Shown here in pieces: positions 26,722 through 34,438 of a stretch of DNA of 36,736 bases; the first letter of the stretch is position 1; each line of letters begins with the position of its first letter. The translations under genes were made by a program, and so were the position numbers. The stretch is from Rhizobacter sp. (GTDB lineage Bacteria > Pseudomonadota > Gammaproteobacteria > Burkholderiales > Burkholderiaceae_C): contig JAKFUQ010000043.1 in the NCBI GenBank assembly GCA_021732645.1, positions 1-36,736 of the forward strand, read 5' to 3'. A model generated the notes under the pieces. That model was given only the letters and a program-made list of their open reading frames with translations. It did not search any database and was not told the DNA's origin.

Positions 26722-28359
26722 ATGGCGAAGTTCTGGCGCAATCCACTCGCCGACTGGGGTGTCGACGGCGCCAATGCGTCGGTGCCGGTCGCGCCGCATC
26801 GTCCGCCGCAGGAGCCGTGGGACGCGACACGCGAGTCGCGCACGCCGTTGCTGCCGGTCGGTCGCTTTCGGCGCTACTACAAATGGCCGGGCCACGGCGG
26901 CTGGACCTGGAACCGGCTGCGCTACTGGCCGACGCGACGGCGCCTGCTCGACATCCGCGGCGAATACAACCCGAAGACGCTGCGCCGCGAGAAGACGATC
27001 GTCGACAAGCGACCGATCTGGTGGGTGATGGCGCTTTGCTTTCTGTTCATCGCACCGTGGCTGATGCCGATGGACTACCAGAGCACGCTGCTGACCGCGG
27101 GCTCGACCTTCCTGATCTACGCCGCTATCAACCTGTGCTGGATGCTGATCATCGGGACGGCCGGCATCTATTCGCTGGCCACTTACGCGGTGGTCGGCGC
27201 CGCCGCCTTCGGCACGGCTTATCTGTCCATCCAGTATGGTCTGCCGTGGTACTTGCTGCCCTTTGTCGGGTCGCTCATCGGGCTCGCATTCGGCGCGGTC
27301 ATCGCCATTCCGGCGACGCGGCTCGATGGCTTCTACTACGCGTTGCTGACGCTGGGGCTCAACGAGTTGTGCCGCGTCTATGCCTTGCAGTCGAAGCTGT
27401 TCGGTTCGTCGACCGGCGGGCTGTACGGCGCGTCTTCGTACATCCCCGAAAGCTGGGACGACGCGAGCCAGTCGCTGCTGTCGTACTTCGCCTGCCTGCT
27501 GCTGATGGTGCTGGCGTTGGGGCTGTTCCGCTTCGTGAACGGCAAGCGCATCGGCCGCATCCTGCGCATGGCCCCAGAGAAGCGCGAGGCGTTCGCCGAG
27601 GCGACCGGCGTCAACTTCCGGCAGGCGCGCGTGATCGTGTTCATCGTCTCGTCGGCCGCGCTTGGCTTCATTGGCGGCTTCTACAGCAGCCACTACCGCG
27701 GCGTATCGTTTTCGATCTTCAGCTTTGACACCGTGCTGCTGGGTGTGGCGATGCTGGTGGTCGGCGGCATCGGCCGGGCCGAGGGTGCGGTGGCCGGCGC
27801 GGCCATCGTGATCTTCCTCGACAAGGTGCTGATCTCGCTGGGGCCGGTGCGGCTGATCATCATTGGCGTGATCATGCTGGCGGTGGTGCTGCAGCTCAAC
27901 GGTGGGCTGTTCGGCGTCCAGTCGCAGTTCCGCGCCTGGCGCAACAAGAAGAAGAGTGAACGACGTTCGACCCGTGCCGAGAAAGGAGGCGAGATGCTGC
28001 CCGAAGAAGCCACCGAGACCCGCGACAAGGATCAGATCTACTGGCGTCGCTACGACAAGATGCAACGCGACTACCTGAAGAAGCTGGTGTCGCCCGAGGT
28101 CATCGACGAACATGCCCGCAGCCCGCTCGGCCAGCACAGCGAGGCGCTGGAGCGGCTGCTGCTGTACTTCCGCCGCGCGCCGATGTCCGACAAGTACGCG
28201 ATCGTCACGGTTGAGGCCTTCAAGGCCTACCGCATCGTGGCGCTGTCGGGTCAGCGTGGTGTGGCGCCGCGTCTGGTCGAGGAGAAGACCTATGCCTCAC
28301 CCGAAGAGGCCTATCACGGCGTCTTCATGCGCCGCGTCCAGGACCTGCTCGAGTCTTAA
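26722..28359 (+). CDS. LivM-like ABC permease with an N-terminal extension of about 100 aa and a soluble C-terminal extension of about 140 aa (DMFase small-subunit position)
   Basis: 545 aa. Residues about 100-400 form a LivM-type polytopic core (YSLATYAVVGAAAFG...YYALLTLGLNE...LLGVAMLVVGGIGRAEGAV). Residues about 403-545 are hydrophilic. ATG 26722 is 2 nt after the LivH stop. Confidence 0.8.
   Translation: MAKFWRNPLADWGVDGANASVPVAPHRPPQEPWDATRESRTPLLPVGRFRRYYKWPGHGGWTWNRLRYWPTRRRLLDIRGEYNPKTLRREKTIVDKRPIWWVMALCFLFIAPWLMPMDYQSTLLTAGSTFLIYAAINLCWMLIIGTAGIYSLATYAVVGAAAFGTAYLSIQYGLPWYLLPFVGSLIGLAFGAVIAIPATRLDGFYYALLTLGLNELCRVYALQSKLFGSSTGGLYGASSYIPESWDDASQSLLSYFACLLLMVLALGLFRFVNGKRIGRILRMAPEKREAFAEATGVNFRQARVIVFIVSSAALGFIGGFYSSHYRGVSFSIFSFDTVLLGVAMLVVGGIGRAEGAVAGAAIVIFLDKVLISLGPVRLIIIGVIMLAVVLQLNGGLFGVQSQFRAWRNKKKSERRSTRAEKGGEMLPEEATETRDKDQIYWRRYDKMQRDYLKKLVSPEVIDEHARSPLGQHSEALERLLLYFRRAPMSDKYAIVTVEAFKAYRIVALSGQRGVAPRLVEEKTYASPEEAYHGVFMRRVQDLLES
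27994..28359 (+). other. In-frame internal SD+ATG unit inside the LivM-like ORF: 121-aa soluble module, candidate DMFase small-subunit equivalent
   Basis: AAAGGAGG (27982-27989) lies 4 nt before the in-frame ATG at 27994, just after the last TM segment and a KKKSERR linker. The module ends 5 nt before the ATG of the large-subunit homolog, which has no SD of its own. Confidence 0.4.
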
Positions 28360-28364
28360 CCACC

Positions 28365-30686
28365 ATGGCACAGATCAAGCTGTTCGGCTACGCCAACAAG
28401 ATCTCCGTGAAACCCGGAGACACCGTCGATTTCCACGTCAACGCCGACGGCACCACGCAGGCGCAGACGCAGCTGGTGCGTCTGATCCACGGCGATCAGC
28501 ACCCTCACGGCCCGGGCTTCATGGAGGAAGAGATCGCTTGCGCAGGCAACGGCGAATGGCCCGTGCGCAAGCAGTACACCCAGCTCGGCTCGTTTCTCGA
28601 AGTGGCCGACGCGGCTGGCCACCTGGCGCTCGAAGGCAGCCTGACGATCTGCGCCTATGTGTTCTCGAGTTTGCCGCAGGCCGGCCTGCGGCAGGCGCTG
28701 GTCGGCCGCTGGCACAACCAGTGCAACATCGGTTACTGCCTCGGCATCAACCAGCAAGGGCACATCGAGTTCTGGGTCGGGCAGGGCGACGAGGTCGACT
28801 ACGTCAAGACCGAGGTGCCGTTGCTGCCGAAGCAGTGGTACTTCGTCGCCGTCAGCTTCGACGCCGCCTCGGGCTGCGCCACGGTGCACCAGGAAAGCGT
28901 CGCCAACCGCTACAACAGCCTGCTTGGCGCGGCGAGCCCGATCGATTGCCGCTCGCACGTCAGCGAGCGGTTCCGCTTCCGGCAGAAGCACCTGCCGGAC
29001 ACGCCGTTCCTGATCGCCGGCTCGCGCGACTTCCACGAAACACGAGGCCACTTCGTCTCGCAGACCTTCTGCGGCAAGATCGATCGGCCCGCCGTCTATG
29101 ACCGCGCGTTGTCGTGGGACGAGTTGGTCGTGATCATGAGAGGTGGCACGCCCGGCCGTGACGGGCTGGTCGCGTTCTGGGACACGACGGCCGGCTACAC
29201 CGACCAGGGCATCGGCGACACCGTGGTCGACGTTGGCCCACACGGCCTGCATGCCCAGGGCTACAACCGCCCGGTGCGAGCGCAGACCGGCTGGAACTGG
29301 AGCGGTCGTAACGACTGCTTCCGCCTCGCGCCACAGGAGTACGGCGGCATTGAATTCCACTATGAGGCAATGATCTCGTCAAACTGGGCGGTGACTCGCA
29401 GCGTCACGCTGCCTGGGGACTTGAAAAGTGGTGCCTACGCGATGCGGCTGCGCGCCGACGATGGCCGTGGTCTGGCCGAGGAGTACATCGTGTTCTTCGT
29501 GCGTGCTGCGAAGCCGAGTGCGCCAATCGCCTTCCTGTTCCCGACTGCCAGCTACATGGCCTATGCGAACGAGCATTTGAGCTTCGATGCGCAGATCATC
29601 CAGCCAATGACCGGGCAGCCGCCGATCGTCACAGACATCGACATCGAGATGGTCAAGAACAAGGAGTTCGGGCTGTCGACCTACGACGCCTGGGAGGACG
29701 GCAACGGTGTGTGCTACAGCTCGTACCACCGGCCCATCGTCAACATGCGACCCAAGCACCGCATCTCCAGCATGGGCATCACCTGGCAGTTTCCGGCCGA
29801 CCTGTCCATCGTGGCCTGGTTGGAGCACAAGGGCTACGACTACGAGGTGCTGACCGACGAAGACCTGCACCGTGACGGCCTGTCAGCACTGAAGCCGTAC
29901 CGGTGTGTCATCACCGGCACCCACCCCGAGTACTACTCGGAAGTGATGCTCGATGCGACCGAGGATTACATCGCCGGCGGCGGGCGCTACGTCTACATGG
30001 GTGGCAACGGTTACTACTGGAACGTCGCGTTCCGCGCCGAGGAGCCGTGGGTGATGGAGGTGCGCAAGCTCGACTCTGGCATGCGCGCCTGGAACGCGCG
30101 GCCCGGCGAGCATTACCTGGCGACCACCGGCATGAAGAGCGGGCTTTGGAAGAATCTGGGTCGTCCGCCGCAGAAACTGGTGGGGGTGGGCTTCATCGCG
30201 GAGGGGTTCGAGAGCAGCCGGCCGTACCGTCGCATGCCTGACAGCTACCACCGCACCGTGGACTGGGTCATGAAGGGCGTGACGGGCGAGATGATCGGCG
30301 ATGGCGGTCTGGCCCATGGCGGCGCGGCCGGCATCGAACTCGATCGCTACGACCTGAGCCTGGGCACGCCACCGCACGCCCGCATCCTCGCCTCGTCGGG
30401 GGGCCACAGTGACAACTACCTGCTGGCGATCGAGGAGGTGCTGTATCCATACCCGGGCCTCAGTGGCTCACAGGACTACCGCATCCGCGGCGACATGGTG
30501 TATTTCTCGGCGCCGAACCTGGGCGCGGTGTTCAGCGGCGGCTCGATCGCGTTCGGACAGGCGCTGCCGGTCAACGGGTTCGAGAACAACGTGTCGGTGG
30601 TGCTTGGCAACGTGGTCGATGCCTTCATCAAACCTGGCAACCTGCCCGGTGGCATGTGGGTCGATGCAGAGAAGCAGTGGCGCTGA
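28365..30686 (+). CDS. N,N-dimethylformamidase large (beta) subunit family protein
   Basis: 773 aa. Blocks LVRLIHGDQHPHGPGF, GWNWSGRNDCF, ASYMAYANE, FGLSTYD...YHRPIVNMRPKHR, GTHPEYYS, PWVMEVRK and GDGGLAHGGAAGIELDRYDLSLGTPP match my recollection of DmfA2-type proteins from Methylobacterium/Paracoccus. The length also fits. Confidence 0.85.
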   Translation: MAQIKLFGYANKISVKPGDTVDFHVNADGTTQAQTQLVRLIHGDQHPHGPGFMEEEIACAGNGEWPVRKQYTQLGSFLEVADAAGHLALEGSLTICAYVFSSLPQAGLRQALVGRWHNQCNIGYCLGINQQGHIEFWVGQGDEVDYVKTEVPLLPKQWYFVAVSFDAASGCATVHQESVANRYNSLLGAASPIDCRSHVSERFRFRQKHLPDTPFLIAGSRDFHETRGHFVSQTFCGKIDRPAVYDRALSWDELVVIMRGGTPGRDGLVAFWDTTAGYTDQGIGDTVVDVGPHGLHAQGYNRPVRAQTGWNWSGRNDCFRLAPQEYGGIEFHYEAMISSNWAVTRSVTLPGDLKSGAYAMRLRADDGRGLAEEYIVFFVRAAKPSAPIAFLFPTASYMAYANEHLSFDAQIIQPMTGQPPIVTDIDIEMVKNKEFGLSTYDAWEDGNGVCYSSYHRPIVNMRPKHRISSMGITWQFPADLSIVAWLEHKGYDYEVLTDEDLHRDGLSALKPYRCVITGTHPEYYSEVMLDATEDYIAGGGRYVYMGGNGYYWNVAFRAEEPWVMEVRKLDSGMRAWNARPGEHYLATTGMKSGLWKNLGRPPQKLVGVGFIAEGFESSRPYRRMPDSYHRTVDWVMKGVTGEMIGDGGLAHGGAAGIELDRYDLSLGTPPHARILASSGGHSDNYLLAIEEVLYPYPGLSGSQDYRIRGDMVYFSAPNLGAVFSGGSIAFGQALPVNGFENNVSVVLGNVVDAFIKPGNLPGGMWVDAEKQWR

Positions 30687-30713
30687 GCCGCAGCCGACGC
30701 CATTGCGAGCGAA

Positions 30714-31733
30714 TCAGGGCTGATGGTCGACGCCCAGCACGCGATGCAGTCGCGTGCTGGTCGTTGTGTACTCCAGCGCTGTGACACGGTCGGGGCGCAG
30801 TCGGGTGGCTGCACCGTAGGCGGCCAGCGTCGCCTCGTGGAAGCCGCACAGGATCAGTTTTTTCTTGCCGGGGTAGGTGGTCACATCGCCCACCGCAAAC
30901 ACACCGCTCAGGCCGGTCTCGAAGGTTTCGGTTTCAACGACCACCTGCTTGCGCGCAAGTGGCACACCCCAGTCGGCAATCGGCCCGAGCTTGGGACTCA
31001 GACCCCATCGAACCAGCAGCAGGTCACAGGGCCATGTTGTGGTGTTTGCGTCGGCGTCCACCACCTGCAGGTGTGTCAAGGTGTCGCCAGCGGCATCAAA
31101 GCCGATGGCCTGGGCGGCCACAAAGCGCATGGTGCCAGCGGCGCAGGCGGCACGCAGGCGCTCGACGTGCTCTGGCGCCGCCTTGAAAGCGTCGCGGCGA
31201 TGCATCAGCGTGACGCTGGCCGGCAGTGCGGATTGAGCCGTCGACAGCGTCAGCGCGGCATCCAGCGCCTCGTCGTCGTCACCCAGCACGATCACGTGGC
31301 GCCCGGCTGCCGACGGTGGCTCGTCGCCGCTGTGGAACAGCTGGCGGCCGGCGAACTGCGCGATGCCGTCCAGCTTGAGTCGCCGCGGCTGAAATGCACC
31401 GACGCCGCCTGCGATGAACACGGTGCGCGCCGTGAAGTGGGTGCCAGTGGAGGTGCCGATGTCGTAACGGCCATCGGCGCGCGCAGCGACGGTGGCCACC
31501 TGCTGAGACAGGTGAAACGTCGGTGCCATGGGCTCAATCTGGGTCAGCAGGCGTTCGACCAGTTCGCGACCGGTGCACCGCGGCAGCGCCGGGATGTCGT
31601 AGATCGGTTTGTCGGGATACAGCGCGAGGCACTGGCCGCCCGGTGCGGGCAGGCTGTCGACAACGTGGCAGCGGATCTCCTGCAGACCGAGCTGGAACAC
31701 CTGGAACAGGCCGACCGGGCCCGCGCCGATCAC
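30714..31733 (-). CDS. fpr: Ferredoxin-NADP(+) reductase, thioredoxin-reductase-like type
   Basis: IGAGPVGLFQVFQLGLQEI...PGGQC..LYPDKPIYDIP and a second dinucleotide motif VIVLGDDDEALD, typical of TrxR-like FNR. The first canonical start is GTG 31733, but conserved N-terminal residues (IHTDALV) are encoded upstream in frame (see findings). Confidence 0.8.
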   Translation of the reverse strand: MIGAGPVGLFQVFQLGLQEIRCHVVDSLPAPGGQCLALYPDKPIYDIPALPRCTGRELVERLLTQIEPMAPTFHLSQQVATVAARADGRYDIGTSTGTHFTARTVFIAGGVGAFQPRRLKLDGIAQFAGRQLFHSGDEPPSAAGRHVIVLGDDDEALDAALTLSTAQSALPASVTLMHRRDAFKAAPEHVERLRAACAAGTMRFVAAQAIGFDAAGDTLTHLQVVDADANTTTWPCDLLLVRWGLSPKLGPIADWGVPLARKQVVVETETFETGLSGVFAVGDVTTYPGKKKLILCGFHEATLAAYGAATRLRPDRVTALEYTTTSTRLHRVLGVDHQP

Positions 31734-31780
31734 CAGCGCGTCGGTATGGATCGGTGCGCTTGGGGGTGGGGCAGGGGCGT

Positions 31781-32107
31781 TCAGCGTATCAATTCCGACA
31801 GCTTGCCGGTCTTGTCTTTCCAGTCATCGGCATCGACCGGCGGGATCTTGCGCTTGGTGATGCTGGGCCAGCCGATGCGCGAGAGCTCGGCGTTGAGCTT
31901 GATCATGTGCTGCTGATCGCCGGGCACGTCTTCCTCCGGCATGATCGCGTTGACCGGGCACTCGGGGATGCACACTGCGCAGTCGATGCATTCGTCGGGG
32001 TCGATCGTCAGGAAGTTCGGGCCTTCGCGGAAGCAGTCGACGGGACACACATCCACGCAGTCGGTGTATTTGCAGCGGATGCAGGATTCGGTGACGACGT
32101 GGGTCAT
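31781..32107 (-). CDS. fdxA: 7Fe ferredoxin (Azotobacter FdxA type, [3Fe-4S][4Fe-4S])
   Basis: [50 protein letters not shown] is the canonical FdxA cysteine pattern. 108 aa. Confidence 0.93.
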   Translation of the reverse strand: MTHVVTESCIRCKYTDCVDVCPVDCFREGPNFLTIDPDECIDCAVCIPECPVNAIMPEEDVPGDQQHMIKLNAELSRIGWPSITKRKIPPVDADDWKDKTGKLSELIR

Positions 32108-32140
32108 GACGGTGACTCGGTGAGGCTGCGCAAGCAGGGT

Positions 32141-32173
32141 TGAAAAAACAGGTGGATGCCAACCGCATCCACC
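32141..32173 (-). terminator. Rho-independent terminator after cobA (end of the cys operon)
   Basis: On the minus strand: GGTGGATGC-GGTTG-GCATCCACC (perfect 9-bp stem; plus-strand coordinates 32151-32173), followed by TGTTTTTTC. Confidence 0.75.
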
Positions 32174-32180
32174 AAAGATT

Positions 32181-32987
32181 TTACGTGTTCAGTGACGCCA
32201 CCAAAGGCGCACCGGCCTTGCCGCTGGCGGACGGTTCGACTTTGGTCAGCGGGCGGGCCCCGGCGCCGACGACGACCACCGTGGGCCGACCTGCGTGCAG
32301 CATGCTGGCGCGGCTCAGCGTGGCCACGGTGTGGTCGCTGGTCAGTTCATCGGGCCAGCCGGCGCGCGAGACCACGCACACCTCGGTCTCGCCGGGCCAG
32401 CCTGCGCGCACCAGCTTGCGTGACAGGGCAGCGAGTTGCTTGCCGGCCATGTAGAACACTTCGGTGTCGGCGTTGCGACCAGGCAGTGCTTCGGCATCGC
32501 CGGTTGTTGCGGTCATCGCGGTGGCGAAACTGACGCTGCGCCCCGCGCCGCGCCGCGTCAGCGGGCGTTGTGCTGAAGCGGCAGCGGCCAGCGCCGCCGT
32601 CACGCCGGGCACCACCTCGCAGGCGATGCCTGCGGCGGCCATCGCTTGCAATTCTTCTTCCAGACGGCCGAACACGCTCGGGTCGCCACCTTTCAGGCGC
32701 ACCACCAGGCCGGTGCGGCCGACCTCTCGGGCGCATTTGATCAGCAGCGCATTGATCGCTTCCTGACCCGTGCTGTCGGCAAAGCCGCGCTTGCCCACAT
32801 GCAACCAGCGCGCATGCGGCGCCAGCTCGCGCAGCGCCGGGTCGGCCAGCGCATCGCTCAGTATCACGGCCGCCTGAGCCAGGCGCTGTGCGCCGCGCAG
32901 CGTGATCAGGTCGGCCTGACCGGGCCCTGCGCCGACGAAGGCGACGCGGCCCGAGGGCGTGGCGGTCGATGCCGGGGCGGCTGCCAT
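32181..32987 (-). CDS. cobA: Uroporphyrinogen-III C-methyltransferase (SUMT, siroheme branch)
   Basis: [18 protein letters not shown]...[14 protein letters not shown]...PGVTAA are SUMT motifs. Only the methyltransferase domain is present (268 aa). It lies in an operon with the cys genes. Confidence 0.9.
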   Translation of the reverse strand: MAAAPASTATPSGRVAFVGAGPGQADLITLRGAQRLAQAAVILSDALADPALRELAPHARWLHVGKRGFADSTGQEAINALLIKCAREVGRTGLVVRLKGGDPSVFGRLEEELQAMAAAGIACEVVPGVTAALAAAASAQRPLTRRGAGRSVSFATAMTATTGDAEALPGRNADTEVFYMAGKQLAALSRKLVRAGWPGETEVCVVSRAGWPDELTSDHTVATLSRASMLHAGRPTVVVVGAGARPLTKVEPSASGKAGAPLVASLNT

Positions 32988-32989
32988 CG

Positions 32990-34303
32990 TCAGGCGGTGG
33001 TGGCCTGCACCAGCAGGGCGCCGCTGGTGCGGTTGGTCGTCGGGTCGACGACGATCAGCGAGCCGCCACTGCGGTTGGATGCGTAAGCCTCCACTGGCAG
33101 CGGCTGCTGGGTTTCGACGATCACTCGGCCGATCTCGTTGACACCGAGTTGATGCGCATCGGCGACCTCGAGCGTGTGGATGTCGAGCCGGTTCTCGATG
33201 CTGGCGATGCGCGCCTGCACCCAGCGGTTGCCATGGCGCACCCAGTACTTGCGGCCGACCACGGCAGGTTCGGTGTCCAGCCAGGCCAGTGTGGCGGCGA
33301 AGCTCTGCACGCCGTTCACGCTGCCCGGTGTCGAGATCCAGTCGCCGCGCGACACGTCGAGCTGGCGGTCGAGCACCACACCAGCCGACCAGCCCGCCTC
33401 GACGTGGTCCACCACGCTACCAGCCAGTCGCACTTCGGCGACGACGGCACGTTCGCCGCTCGGGAAGATCTGCACCTCGTCACCGGCCTTGACGCTGCCG
33501 TGCGCGATGCGACCGAAGAGGCTGCGTGGCTGGTGGCCAACGCCTGTGCTGCCGTCGCCATCATCGCGGGTGACGTACTGCACCGGGATCAGCAGGTCAC
33601 CTTCGGTGCGCTCCTGCGCCACGGGCAGCGACTCGAGCAGTTGCAGCAATGTCGGGCCCTGGTACCACGTGCTCCAGTCGGTGCCGTCGGTAACGACGGT
33701 CTGGGTGACGTTGTCACCGCGCAGTGCCGACACCGGCACGATGCCGGCGAGCGCGATGCCAGCCGCCTCGGCAAACGCCCGCAGCGCGACGCTGACCGCA
33801 TCGAAGGCCTGCTGCGGATCGGCCACCGCATCGAGCTTGTTGACCGCGAACACGATGCTGGGCACGCGCAGCAGGTGGGCCAGCAGCGAGTGGCGGCGGG
33901 TTTGAGGAAGCAGGATCAGCGGCGTTTGGTGGGTGTCGAGCTTGGTGATGTCGACCAGCACCACGGCCGCATCGCTGCCAGCCGCGGCGGTCACCATGTT
34001 GCGCGTGTATTGCTCGTGGCCCGGCGCGTCAGCGATGATGAACTTGCGGCGCTTGGTCGCGAAATAGCGGTAAGCCACATCGATCGTGATGCCTTGCTCG
34101 CGCTCGGCCTCCAAGCCGTCGGTCAGCAGCGACAAATCGATGGGTGCGCCGGCGGCCTTCTTCTCCAGTGTGTCGAGCTGGTCGGCGAGGATGGCTCGGC
34201 TGTCGAACAGCAGGCGGCCGATCAGCGTGCTCTTGCCGTCATCGACGCTGCCGGCCGTGAGGAAGCGCAGCGCGCGGTGGTCTTGGACTTGTGGGGTGCT
34301 CAT
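32990..34303 (-). CDS. cysN: Sulfate adenylyltransferase subunit 1 (GTPase), no APS-kinase fusion
   Basis: LRFLTAGSVDDGKSTLIGRLL, DAPGHEQYTRNM and NKLD are EF-Tu-like CysN G motifs. 437 aa, so there is no CysC domain. Confidence 0.93.
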   Translation of the reverse strand: MSTPQVQDHRALRFLTAGSVDDGKSTLIGRLLFDSRAILADQLDTLEKKAAGAPIDLSLLTDGLEAEREQGITIDVAYRYFATKRRKFIIADAPGHEQYTRNMVTAAAGSDAAVVLVDITKLDTHQTPLILLPQTRRHSLLAHLLRVPSIVFAVNKLDAVADPQQAFDAVSVALRAFAEAAGIALAGIVPVSALRGDNVTQTVVTDGTDWSTWYQGPTLLQLLESLPVAQERTEGDLLIPVQYVTRDDGDGSTGVGHQPRSLFGRIAHGSVKAGDEVQIFPSGERAVVAEVRLAGSVVDHVEAGWSAGVVLDRQLDVSRGDWISTPGSVNGVQSFAATLAWLDTEPAVVGRKYWVRHGNRWVQARIASIENRLDIHTLEVADAHQLGVNEIGRVIVETQQPLPVEAYASNRSGGSLIVVDPTTNRTSGALLVQATTA

Positions 34304-34438
34304 TTCAGTCTTTCGGTGGCATCGCGCGACGATCGATGCATGAATCCGTGTTCATCAAGCGGCTGCCGTGGAACTGGCTTTGCCAGGCCACTGGCAGCGC
34401 CCCGTTGAGGGGGAGGCGCGCAGCGCCTCGGGGGTGGG

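Noticed and set aside
31781-31826. Ferredoxin-FNR fusion by -1 ribosomal frameshifting. The FNR frame is open across the last 14 codons of fdxA.
   Set aside because: The overlap has no X XXY YYZ slippery heptamer (the only candidate is a weak G GAA AGA context) and no obvious downstream stimulatory structure. Non-canonical initiation or a sequence error is the simpler explanation.
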